From: Oligoflexia bacterium
Lineage (GTDB): Bacteria > Bdellovibrionota > UBA1018
Direction of reading: 5' to 3'
DNA length: 64,000 nt
NCBI GenBank assembly: GCA_963758495.1
Contig: CAVWVI010000004.1
Span: 448,001-512,000, forward strand
Below are positions 1-8,911 of this stretch, piece by piece (the first letter of the stretch is position 1; each line of letters opens with the position of its first letter). A program made the translations under genes and the position numbers. The notes under the pieces were generated by a model. It was given only the letters and a program-made list of their open reading frames with translations. It did no database searches and was not told the DNA's origin.

Positions 1-2
1 CC

Positions 3-1406
3 GGTGCCGTACAATGCTGGGGACAAAACTCCAGCGGACAATTAGGAGTGAATAGCACGAGTGATTCACTCCTTCCTGTGAGTGTAAAAGATACTACGGG
101 CACCACTTCTCTTTCGGGGGTTCAATCCGTGGCTCTGGGATATGATTTTGCCTGCGCTACCTTAACCAGTGGTGGAGTCCAATGCTGGGGTGACAATGTC
201 TCAGGCCAATTAGGAATTGGATCCGATGGCACGACTTCCAATACTCTGCCATTGCAAGTGCCTAACGCCAGCAGCCCTCTCTCTGGCGCAAAAATCGTAG
301 CCGCTGGGAAATTTCACACTTGTGCTGTAGTTGAAGTCAGCTCTTTATATCAAGTGCAATGCTGGGGAAATAATGTAAATGGACAATTAGGAACAGGAAA
401 TGATAACTCTTTTAGCACTCCTAGCACGGTAGTCACTTCCAGCACAACACTCCCTCTTACAGGTGCACAGATGGTTGCAAACGGAAGTCTTCACTCTTGT
501 GCTCTCATCAATGGAGGGGTTCAATGCTGGGGAAGTAATTCAAATGGGCAATTGGGAAATGGGAGCTATACCGACTCCTCATCTCCTATTTCAGTCAAGC
601 TATCTGGAGGGTCCCTTCTCACGAATGTCCAAGCCATTGCTGTCGGCACTTATCATTCTTGTGCTCTCGTTAATGGTGGAGTTTTCTGTTGGGGATATAA
701 TTATAATGGACAACTTGGAAACGGCAACACAACGTCATCTCCTAACCCTCAACAAGTCCTCACCTCTACCTCTCCTTTAACTCCTTTAACAGGTGTGCAG
801 GCCATTGCTGTGGGAGATCTACATACTTGCGCACTCATCAATGGAGGGGTTCAATGCTGGGGAAATAATCCCAACGGCCAATTAGGAAATAATACGAACT
901 CTGACTCCAGCACTCCAGTCAAAGTCCTAGACAGCACAGGGTCATCCCCCCTGTCAGGAGTCCAAGCGATTTCAGCAGGCACAAAATACACTTGCGCCAT
1001 CGCTAACGGAGAGATTCTGTGTTGGGGACAAAATACTATAGGACAACTGGGAAATGGCAGCACTACCTCTTCTACCACCCCCCAACAAGTCACAGGGGTG
1101 ACAGGAGGGGCTCAGGCCCTATCAGCAGGACCTGACCACGGTTGCGCGATCGTCAATGGTGGTATTCAATGCTGGGGAAATAATTCGAGTGGGCAACTTG
1201 GAAACAATAGCACCACGTCCCCCTCTTTGAGCCCAACACCCGTCTCATTATCCACTCCTGGTGCTCAAGGTATTGCAACAGGAAACCTCTTCTCTTGTGC
1301 GCTCATCAATGGCTTTCCACAATGCTGGGGAGATAATTCTTTAAGTCAATTAGGTACAGGCAATGGGACATCAAGCTTAGTCCCCGTCTCTATTTTTGGA
1401 TTTTAG
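3..1406 (+). CDS. RCC1-repeat (beta-propeller) Ser/Thr/Gly-rich surface protein, 5'-truncated by the window edge
   Basis: Repeated units HxCAlinGgVxCWGxNxxGQLGxG. The frame is open from position 3 (GAVQCWGQNSSGQLG), upstream of the listed start. Confidence 0.9.
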   Translation, partial: GAVQCWGQNSSGQLGVNSTSDSLLPVSVKDTTGTTSLSGVQSVALGYDFACATLTSGGVQCWGDNVSGQLGIGSDGTTSNTLPLQVPNASSPLSGAKIVAAGKFHTCAVVEVSSLYQVQCWGNNVNGQLGTGNDNSFSTPSTVVTSSTTLPLTGAQMVANGSLHSCALINGGVQCWGSNSNGQLGNGSYTDSSSPISVKLSGGSLLTNVQAIAVGTYHSCALVNGGVFCWGYNYNGQLGNGNTTSSPNPQQVLTSTSPLTPLTGVQAIAVGDLHTCALINGGVQCWGNNPNGQLGNNTNSDSSTPVKVLDSTGSSPLSGVQAISAGTKYTCAIANGEILCWGQNTIGQLGNGSTTSSTTPQQVTGVTGGAQALSAGPDHGCAIVNGGIQCWGNNSSGQLGNNSTTSPSLSPTPVSLSTPGAQGIATGNLFSCALINGFPQCWGDNSLSQLGTGNGTSSLVPVSIFGF

Positions 1407-1464
1407 CTTCGTTTCAATATTTTCATATTTCCTATCCATGGGAGACAGGTTACAGAGAGAAAAT

Positions 1465-1713
1465 ATGACAAATCAACCAGAAGACATGAAAGCAGAACTC
1501 GAAAGACTCCGCGCAGAAAATCAAGCATTGAAAAAGACTTCCGCAAAAGGACTCTCCCTAAAGGTGAGTGAAAAAGGCGGTCTTTCTGTTTACGGACTGG
1601 GGCGGTTTCCTGTCACACTCTATAAAGAACAATGGAAAAAGCTCTTAGAAATGTCTGAGGACATTAAGACATTTATTCAAGCCAACGAATCCTTGCTTAA
1701 GTCAAAAGAATAA
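1465..1713 (+). CDS. Small conserved hypothetical protein
   Basis: ATG at 1465; short coiled coil (ELERLRAENQALK) then KVSEKGGLSVYGLGRFPVTLYKEQW, recalled from widespread uncharacterised proteins. Confidence 0.75.
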   Translation: MTNQPEDMKAELERLRAENQALKKTSAKGLSLKVSEKGGLSVYGLGRFPVTLYKEQWKKLLEMSEDIKTFIQANESLLKSKE

Positions 1714-1714
1714 A

Positions 1715-2854
1715 TCACCGCTTCTGATCTTTTCTCCAGCTCATAGCATACTCTTTGAACTCCACTGACTCTGCGGCAGCGGTGGATTTCAAAGGGTGAT
1801 AGGTGTCGATCATCACAGCGATTTCCTGCGTGTGGCTTTTATCTGCCGCATTCTGAGCTGCATTCGGATGCGGACCATGATGAATCCCTTGAGGGTGCCA
1901 TGTCACTGCTCCTGCAGCAATTCCTTCACGAGAAAAGAAATTTCCAGCGTGATAGAAAAGCACTTCGTCAAAATCAATATTGCGATGGTAAAAAGGAACC
2001 TTCATGGCTTCCGGACCTTCTTCAAGAGGACGCGGTAAAAAAGAACAAATCACGAAACGATTCGCCACAAAAGTAGTGTGTGCACTCGGTGGAAGATGAA
2101 ATCGAGGTGAAACCACCGGACGAATGTCATCCACATTGAGCGCCCAAGGAGAAAGATCCCCTTTCCACCCCGCAGCATTCATTGGATTCCAGGGATAAAA
2201 AACCTGAGTCCACTCTCCTTCACGCTTAATTCGAAGTTCAAATTCGCCCTGTGAATTTGCGCCAGTCATTCTCTCTTTTTCAGGGAGCTCAGGTATTCTC
2301 ATCACCATAGGGTCAAACTGAGCATGTCTCCCTAACATTCCACGATCGGGTAAGGTGATCTCTGTAGGAGACTCAATCACTAAATGAGTATTTTCTGCGC
2401 TCGGAACAAATCGATAGGTGGTTCCCCGAGGAATGACTAAGTAATCCCCTTTTCTATAATCTAAATCCCCATAATCGGTCTCTAGACGTCCCGTACCCTC
2501 ATGGATAAAACGGACCTCATCTCCATCTGCATTTCTAGCAAAAACTTCCATTTCACTTTTGAGTTTTGCAATTCCCAATTGCACATCGGCATTTTTCAAA
2601 AATACTTGGGACTGACCAAACGATTCACCGTTTAACTGAATGGCTTGATATGCATGAGGCTTGAGAGGGCCCTCAATTCGCAACCACCCAGTGGGAGGAT
2701 GCCGGTGATAAAGATGACTAGCTCGTCCAAAAAACCCCTGGCGACCATGTTCTTCTTCATAAGTTCCTTCTGGAATATGAACATGAGGTTGAAGCGTATG
2801 CTTACCTTGTGACCAGCCAAAAGCTGAAACTTTTTTAGTTTTATCTCGGCTCAT
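1715..2854 (-). CDS. hmgA: Homogentisate 1,2-dioxygenase
   Basis: EEEHGRQGFFG, RNADGDE, HLPPSAHTTF, VPFYHRNIDFDEVLFYH and HPQGIHHGP motifs. Start placed at MSRDK. Confidence 0.9.
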   Translation of the reverse strand: MSRDKTKKVSAFGWSQGKHTLQPHVHIPEGTYEEEHGRQGFFGRASHLYHRHPPTGWLRIEGPLKPHAYQAIQLNGESFGQSQVFLKNADVQLGIAKLKSEMEVFARNADGDEVRFIHEGTGRLETDYGDLDYRKGDYLVIPRGTTYRFVPSAENTHLVIESPTEITLPDRGMLGRHAQFDPMVMRIPELPEKERMTGANSQGEFELRIKREGEWTQVFYPWNPMNAAGWKGDLSPWALNVDDIRPVVSPRFHLPPSAHTTFVANRFVICSFLPRPLEEGPEAMKVPFYHRNIDFDEVLFYHAGNFFSREGIAAGAVTWHPQGIHHGPHPNAAQNAADKSHTQEIAVMIDTYHPLKSTAAAESVEFKEYAMSWRKDQKR

Positions 2855-2886
2855 TTGTTTTCTCCCTATTCCTTTCAGTATTACAA

Positions 2887-2902
2887 CGGAACAGCTATTG
2901 CA
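2887..2902 (+). promoter_or_regulatory. Putative sigma54 (-24/-12) promoter
   Basis: CGGAACAGCTATTGCA = GG-N10-GC with TTGCA, just upstream of AGGAG and ATG 2932. Confidence 0.5.
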
Positions 2903-2931
2903 ATACTGCGAAAAAGAAGGAGAAACTTTCC

Positions 2932-3234
2932 ATGCAAGAAACTTTAACAGGACAAAGCAAAGGCACCTCAAAACAACTTCACACTATCCCTGATACTATG
3001 CGAGAGACAGCAGAGCAAATTTCATCGGAAATCGGTGATAAAACAAGACGTCTCGCAAAAGACACCTCTCCTCCCCTAGGAGAGTTTTACGATCAAGCAA
3101 GTATATGGGTTCAAGATAATTACGGAAAAACCCTCAGCATTATTGGGGTATTAGGGGCAGTGGGTATGATTGGCTATATGCTTGGCAAGAACAGTAACAA
3201 ATCTGATGTTACGATCCCCATTCATCATTCATAA
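2932..3234 (+). CDS. ElaB/YqjD/DUF883-like tail-anchored membrane protein
   Basis: Helical N-terminus, WVQDNYGKT then one C-terminal TM segment (GAVGMIGYMLG); AGGAG RBS. Confidence 0.6.
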   Translation: MQETLTGQSKGTSKQLHTIPDTMRETAEQISSEIGDKTRRLAKDTSPPLGEFYDQASIWVQDNYGKTLSIIGVLGAVGMIGYMLGKNSNKSDVTIPIHHS

Positions 3235-3256
3235 CTTGCCATAACTTTCCGCTAAA

Positions 3257-3306
3257 CATTCAGGGATAGGACAACAGGCCATCACTTATGACCTTATCCC
3301 TGAATG
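3257..3306 (+). other. Intercistronic hairpin
   Basis: CATTCAGGGATA (3257-3268) is the perfect reverse complement of TATCCCTGAATG (3295-3306). Confidence 0.6.
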
Positions 3307-3325
3307 CTTACAAAGGGATACCACA

Positions 3326-3673
3326 ATGCCTACTTTGGAGAATCCACTGCCGCAAATTGCAGAAGCTGCAGATGCCGCGACAAAAATAGCATCACTTCAA
3401 ATGAAACTATTTATGCTCAATCAAGAAGTAAAAGCCATGCGCCAACTCAAACGGGCTGTTTGGATAGGTGTAGGATTACTCTTATTTAATTTATTAATTA
3501 CCCTAACTGCCTATTGGGTTGAAATGGATCTGTACGAAAGAGGATGGTCTGCATTAAGTCTTGCATGGATGTCACTTTTTATTTTTGGACTACTGGCTGC
3601 ATTGACCGCCCTCATAGCCATTCGGGTAGGAGAGGCGCCTAAAACAAACGAAAGATCATCATGGAGTCCTTAA
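3326..3673 (+). CDS. YqjE/phage-holin-like two-TM membrane protein
   Basis: Two hydrophobic segments; sits directly after the DUF883-like gene, as in yqjDEK clusters. Confidence 0.55.
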   Translation: MPTLENPLPQIAEAADAATKIASLQMKLFMLNQEVKAMRQLKRAVWIGVGLLLFNLLITLTAYWVEMDLYERGWSALSLAWMSLFIFGLLAALTALIAIRVGEAPKTNERSSWSP

Positions 3674-3903
3674 AAATGAATCATGAAGAAACATTAGAAT
3701 CCTTAGAAACGGAATTGGAATTTCAAAAAAATCGTTTTACTCAAGCCACTCGGAAACTCTCCGATCAAATTCCAAAAAAATTCCCCATGGGAGGCTGGAT
3801 TCGTAACAACCCAGTTCAAACTGCTCTCTTCATGTTAGTGAGTGGATTCGTATCAGCTCAAGTGTTTTACACCCCTCTCAGTAAAGACCTCAACAACCCT
3901 TGA
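3661..3903 (+). CDS. YqjK/DUF3618-like small membrane protein
   Basis: Coiled coil, WIRNNPVQTA, C-terminal TM; third gene of the cluster. Start may be 3676. Confidence 0.5.
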   Translation: MESLKMNHEETLESLETELEFQKNRFTQATRKLSDQIPKKFPMGGWIRNNPVQTALFMLVSGFVSAQVFYTPLSKDLNNP

Positions 3904-3934
3904 CGTCTGAATAAGTATTCAGGATATTAGTGAA

Positions 3935-4630
3935 ATGATGCTGCCTCAACATTTAGCTAAGACTCATGCTACTGGAGAAAAAGAAGGCGAACCCATCGCG
4001 CAATTTGAAATTGGTGATTATAAAAATTTTGTTTATTTAATTTTAGACTGGGCCCATAAAAAAGCCGCAATCGTCGATCCTCAATATGACCTAAGAGAAC
4101 CTTTAAACTGCCTAAAAAAGCATGGTTTTGAGTTATCTTCCGTTCTCCTGACACATACTCATTTCGATCACATTGCTGGAGTACCCGAGCTAGTGCGGTC
4201 TTTTCCACAAATCCCCATTTGTGTACATCGAGACGACTCACATCGACTTGATTATAAAACGATGGGTCAAGCAAAAGTACAATCCATTCGAGATGGCGAT
4301 ATCATCTGGATTGGAGCACTCGAAATCAAAGTTCTCCATACGCCTGGACATAGTGCAGGAGAGTGCACTTATTTCCTTAAGAGTTCTCCTCCTTATCTTC
4401 TGACAGGGGATACCGTATTTATCAGGGATTGCGGTCGCACCGATCTGGAGAGTGGCAACAATCAACAAATGTTTCAATCTCTACAACGAATCAAAACGCT
4501 CCCCACAGAAGCCATTATCTTACCAGGGCATCACTACCAGAAAGAGTGTGCCTCTACCGTCAAGCAAGAACTTCAAGAAAGCCCTCCCTTTCAATGCAAA
4601 AGTGTCGAAGAGTTAGCAGGGCTTCCTTGA
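3935..4630 (+). CDS. MBL-fold hydrolase (glyoxalase II-like)
   Basis: THTHFDH, HTPGH, TGDTVF, PGH motifs. Confidence 0.9.
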   Translation: MMLPQHLAKTHATGEKEGEPIAQFEIGDYKNFVYLILDWAHKKAAIVDPQYDLREPLNCLKKHGFELSSVLLTHTHFDHIAGVPELVRSFPQIPICVHRDDSHRLDYKTMGQAKVQSIRDGDIIWIGALEIKVLHTPGHSAGECTYFLKSSPPYLLTGDTVFIRDCGRTDLESGNNQQMFQSLQRIKTLPTEAIILPGHHYQKECASTVKQELQESPPFQCKSVEELAGLP

Positions 4631-4644
4631 TTGAACCGCTATTT

Positions 4645-5385
4645 TTATAGATCTAATGCATTTTTGAAAGTATCCATTTCTGTTTGTAAAAGCTTTGGAT
4701 CATTCATTTTTACATTTTCAATATGGAGCGCGATTTTTGAAATCGCGTCTTTCACCTGATCTTTAACCCCACTCACCACGAAGGGTAAACTCGCCCCCCA
4801 TTGAGTTGTTTCAACCAAGCTATAATAGGTCAGGAGTGTTCCTGAGCCCATCGGTTCAAATCGGGCATAGCCATTTGAAATTTTCGTTGAATCCGCTTTA
4901 ACAAGATACCAAGCGATTTGGAAACTTCCAGGCATAGGGCCCTTCATTAAATGATCTTTGGTGGTATAGTTTTCAGTCTTCTTGATTCCAGCGAATGACG
5001 GCTGCACTTGATAACTCACATCCATAGTGACGCTATCTATGACCTTGATAATTTCTGAATGCGTCATAGCCGGAATATATTGCGATTGACGATTAAAATC
5101 AGAAAATACCGCAGCCGCTTCTTCTGGGGTAGCATGGACGTACTGATAAATATTACATTCTGGCCAAGACTCTCCTTCTACAGGAGTAAATCTAGAAACT
5201 TGTGACCTATTTTTGACTTGATTTTGCTCTTCCTGAGCTAACTGATTGAATTCAATTGGCGCTGCAAATACTTTTTGTGATCCCCAGACCAATACACTGA
5301 TCATTGCACAACTCAGGGCACAACTCCGTGCACAACTCCGTGCGCCATTCATTAAAAAAAACCGAATAGATGATTTAGTTTTCAT
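4645..5385 (-). CDS. Secreted START/SRPBCC-fold protein
   Basis: Signal-like N-terminus; HATPEEAAAVFSDFNRQSQYIP pattern typical of SRPBCC proteins. Start placed at MKTKS. Confidence 0.55.
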   Translation of the reverse strand: MKTKSSIRFFLMNGARSCARSCALSCAMISVLVWGSQKVFAAPIEFNQLAQEEQNQVKNRSQVSRFTPVEGESWPECNIYQYVHATPEEAAAVFSDFNRQSQYIPAMTHSEIIKVIDSVTMDVSYQVQPSFAGIKKTENYTTKDHLMKGPMPGSFQIAWYLVKADSTKISNGYARFEPMGSGTLLTYYSLVETTQWGASLPFVVSGVKDQVKDAISKIALHIENVKMNDPKLLQTEMDTFKNALDL

Positions 5386-5543
5386 TTTTCCCCCTAAAAT
5401 TATATTTAAAATCCCCGACGTCTTCCTAGCTCGATGGAAAGTGAGAGTCAATTTATTTTATTGAATCACATTCTGGGTAAATATTGCCCGTTTAGCTTTT
5501 TATGCCCTGAGCCGATTTAAATCACAGGGCAAGGAGGCTGAGG

Positions 5544-6308
5544 ATGTCATTATTTGAAGAAGCTAATTGGATTCATGTTTTTCTCTCTGGCGCTATTACA
5601 ATTATAGTATCGTGGCTCTCTTCAGGGTGTCGCCTAGGCGATCAAATCGTCAATGCACCCAGCCCCAACCCTGATCGTTATTCAGGGTATTATATGACTC
5701 AGCCGCAAACCTTGAAGTTTTATGCAACGACTACAGACACATTAGAAAAAGAAGCTGCCACGTCTCTCATTCCTTCTGAAATTGGACAGTTCATGACTAA
5801 TCCAGTCGCATTTCTTCTGTTCGATCCGGCTACTGGAAAAGCTGGATTAGCAGACCCTCAAGGAAAAAGTGCGTTACCCACACTTCTCAAAGCTTCGGAT
5901 CATTCGCTCTCCTATAATGGGGTCACCTCAGCTACGACCTATTGGCGCGACCCTGCTTGTCAAAGTTACTTAGAAATTTCTGAAGATGGAAGTCTATCAC
6001 CATCAACGTCAACACCCACATCAACACCAAGTACATTACCCACAGAAAACTCACTCCCGATCGCAGGAGAGATTCAAATAACAATCCGGGTAACAACTCA
6101 ATTTCAAGGCAATTGTACCCCCACCTTTCTAGAACTCTCTCAGTGTTACCAAGACCCTACCCAATGCGGAGGCAGTAGCGATGCTGAAAACCTACAAATT
6201 CAGACCGTAGTGATGAATGCATTTGCCCCTTGGATTCAATCGCAGGTCATGACTGCAACCGACATCCCAATTTTGACTAACTTCGCCTACGAAGTTTTCT
6301 ATCAATAA
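5544..6308 (+). CDS. Hypothetical lipoprotein
   Basis: Hydrophobic N-terminus ending LSSGC (lipobox-like); AGGAGG RBS. Confidence 0.6.
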   Translation: MSLFEEANWIHVFLSGAITIIVSWLSSGCRLGDQIVNAPSPNPDRYSGYYMTQPQTLKFYATTTDTLEKEAATSLIPSEIGQFMTNPVAFLLFDPATGKAGLADPQGKSALPTLLKASDHSLSYNGVTSATTYWRDPACQSYLEISEDGSLSPSTSTPTSTPSTLPTENSLPIAGEIQITIRVTTQFQGNCTPTFLELSQCYQDPTQCGGSSDAENLQIQTVVMNAFAPWIQSQVMTATDIPILTNFAYEVFYQ

Positions 6309-6330
6309 TCTCTGTGATATAGATCCCAGT

Positions 6331-6963
6331 ATGCGACTTTCAAACCGAATTCTCTTAGCCACTCTCAATCGTAATAAATTTGAAGAATTTCAAACTTTGT
6401 TATCCACCTACCCTGATATTCAGCTCATACCAGCCGAACAGTTAATCAGAAACCCAGAAAGATTGGCTTTTGTTGAACGTCACGATACTTACTTAGAAAA
6501 TACCATCGCGAAAGCCCGCCTTGCAAACCAAGCCTCCCACTACCCCAGCTTAGCCGACGACTCAGGTCTTGAAGTGGATGCACTTCAAGGCAAACCGGGT
6601 GTTCGTAGCCATCGGTATGCCCCCCCCAAGCCAAAGGTGTCTCAGGACCAGGCGAATATCGAACTTCTTTTATCTGAAATGAAATCAGCACAAACCCGAT
6701 CTGCACGTTTTGTATGCACGTTAGCCCTAGTCATTGAAGGTGTCCTCCTGCATGCCACAGGCACCCTTGCCGGGACTATCTCTGAAAGCCCTCGAGGTGA
6801 GCAGGGCTTTGGATATGATTCAGTTTTTATCCCTCATGGGGAGACTAGAACTCTTGCTGAAATGACTGCGACTGAGAAAGCAGCCCTCTCTCACAGAGCG
6901 ATTGCGCTCCATAATTTAATGGCTCAGGTTAAATCTCATGGATTGGTGTTTGCGAAGCCCTAA
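6331..6963 (+). CDS. rdgB: Non-canonical purine NTP pyrophosphatase (RdgB/HAM1)
   Basis: LATLNRNK, ADDSGLEVDAL, GFGYD, SHRA motifs. Confidence 0.95.
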   Translation: MRLSNRILLATLNRNKFEEFQTLLSTYPDIQLIPAEQLIRNPERLAFVERHDTYLENTIAKARLANQASHYPSLADDSGLEVDALQGKPGVRSHRYAPPKPKVSQDQANIELLLSEMKSAQTRSARFVCTLALVIEGVLLHATGTLAGTISESPRGEQGFGYDSVFIPHGETRTLAEMTATEKAALSHRAIALHNLMAQVKSHGLVFAKP

Positions 6964-7658
6964 GGATGTAAGGATGACTCAGACGTGCCCCACATGGTTC
7001 GATAGTAAATCCATTTAATATACTCTATGAGGGTGACACGTGTTCCATTGGGTCCACTTCGCCACTCTTCAGCACCAAAGGGCTCCTGATACACAGAAAA
7101 TGTTTCCACGGCCATGGACGTACCGAGCGTTTTAAGGACGTGATCAAAAATAAATCGAGATCTTTTCATGTGATAGCTAGAAGTCAAAAGTAAGATTACT
7201 TTCCAGTGCTTATCTGAGGCAAATCGAGCTAACCACCGGGCATTGGCATCCGTATTAGTACTCTCTTTTTCAATGACTACATTCTCTGGACGTAGCACCT
7301 GAAGAACTCCAGATCTCAACTGCTTACTTAAAAGGTTCCAATTCACCTGGCGCCCCATTCCAGAAAAATAAAGAACTGGAACTTGAACTGGAGTTAAACT
7401 CTTCTGATGGCTGAGTTCCCAATAGCGATACCAAAGATCACCTGCCGCAGCGATCCGCCCCCTTCCCCCAGCCAAACAGACAATAGCATCCACTTTTGGA
7501 AGATGGGTACCATCCACAGTATCTTTATAGTCGTAGATGTCTCCCGCAAAAAAATAGGCTAAAAGCAAAGCAAGAAGGGCCGATCCTAATCCCAATCGAC
7601 CCATCCCAATCGCAAACCGCCGCAGAAACCTAATTATAAGTTGAGTTGACCACTCCAT
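6960..7658 (-). CDS. YdcF/DUF218 (ElyC-like) membrane protein
   Basis: [29 protein letters not shown] motifs; N-terminal TM. Confidence 0.85.
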   Translation of the reverse strand: MEWSTQLIIRFLRRFAIGMGRLGLGSALLALLLAYFFAGDIYDYKDTVDGTHLPKVDAIVCLAGGRGRIAAAGDLWYRYWELSHQKSLTPVQVPVLYFSGMGRQVNWNLLSKQLRSGVLQVLRPENVVIEKESTNTDANARWLARFASDKHWKVILLLTSSYHMKRSRFIFDHVLKTLGTSMAVETFSVYQEPFGAEEWRSGPNGTRVTLIEYIKWIYYRTMWGTSESSLHP

Positions 7659-7764
7659 GAGTATGATCTATCCGTATCATGTCTTTTCATCCTTGCAAAA
7701 GCGAAAGGTTTCTAATAGGGTTAGGCCCTCGCAATTTGATCTGTCTGCGAAGAAGGACATAGTT

Positions 7765-7998
7765 ATGGCACGTGTTTGTGATTATTGTGAAAAAGGACCA
7801 ACCACTGGGCATTTAGTATCGCACTCGAATATTAAGACCAAAACCCGTTGGTTACCTAACTTAAAGAGAATGAAAGCCGTGATCAAAGGTACTACAGTCA
7901 CGATTCGTGTTTGTACTCGATGTATCCGATCTGGCGTCGTTACTCGACCCGTTAAGCGCACCTATAAGCCTGACGCTTCGGCTGCTAAGACCGCTTAA
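7765..7998 (+). CDS. rpmB: 50S ribosomal protein L28 (zinc-binding CxxC form)
   Basis: [10 protein letters not shown]...[16 protein letters not shown]...[17 protein letters not shown] before ATG 7765. Confidence 0.95.
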   Translation: MARVCDYCEKGPTTGHLVSHSNIKTKTRWLPNLKRMKAVIKGTTVTIRVCTRCIRSGVVTRPVKRTYKPDASAAKTA

Positions 7999-8121
7999 TA
8001 TCAGTTTTTTGAGTCTGTATCCATTACGGCTTGAGTCATTCATAAGCTTTAGCGCTTAAGTGGATTGTTACGCCTAAATTCAACTATTTTTAATTAAGTA
8101 ATTCATAAGCAGTTCCTTTAG

Positions 8122-8389
8122 GGTTGTTGATAAGCACAGTAAGGAATCCTGTTGTGCCGTAAAGATTTTATTGTGCGCCTGTCACGAAGGACGGGTTTAA
8201 GTTAAACCATCATGATGACATCGCTTTTGTGATAACTTGATGATGAGTGGGTTCAGATCGCCACTTTACCTTGATGAATATATGAATTCTTTATGGTTTT
8301 TTGCAATTCATCCTTCGTGGCAGGCGCACAATGAAAGATTTGGATTCCCGGCGCAGCAGGACTCCTTGCAGTGCTTACTTCTCATGACC
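8122..8389 (+). ncRNA. Candidate structured RNA (long imperfect hairpin with branched apex), family unknown
   Basis: 8131-8159 pairs with 8349-8377 and 8166-8197 with 8305-8336. Most non-Watson-Crick positions are G-U on the + strand. Confidence 0.55.
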
Positions 8390-8515
8390 AAGTACACAAC
8401 GGACATGGAGGGGGGTAATCACCATGATTGCAATAGAGACGGCCAATATCACCACTAAAGTAACAGATATGAACTACATTAGAGCGATCAGGTGTTGTCT
8501 CGAAAAAGCTGAGAA

Positions 8516-8911
8516 CTAACTTTGACTGGCAATCGCAATCACTTCAATCTCTACTAAAACATCCTTAGGAAGTCTTGCCACTTCAACGGTAGAACGAGCC
8601 GGGGGCGAAGCTTTGAAGTAATTTCCATAAACTTCATTCACCTTAGGAAAATCATTCATCGACTTTAAAAAAATGGTCGTCTTCACAATAGATTCCCAGT
8701 TACAGCCTGCAGCAGTTAAAACTGCCTGGATATTTTCCATCACTTGCTGAGTCTGACCCGTAACATCTTGTACTTCAACAACTCCCGTTACAGGATCCAG
8801 GGGAACTTGGCCTGAACAAAACAAGAATCCTCCAGCTTGAACTGCTTGGCTATAAGGACCAATCGGCTTGGGTGCTTTCTCTGTAAAAATTACTTTTTTA
8901 TGCATGGACAT
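8516..8911 (-). CDS. ridA: RidA/YjgF reactive intermediate deaminase
   Basis: [41 protein letters not shown]. Confidence 0.93.
   Translation of the reverse strand: MSMHKKVIFTEKAPKPIGPYSQAVQAGGFLFCSGQVPLDPVTGVVEVQDVTGQTQQVMENIQAVLTAAGCNWESIVKTTIFLKSMNDFPKVNEVYGNYFKASPPARSTVEVARLPKDVLVEIEVIAIASQS

Noticed and set aside
8237..8458. 73-aa ORF overlapping the long hairpin
   Set aside because: TTG start, no RBS, no recognisable protein features; RNA structure explains the region better.
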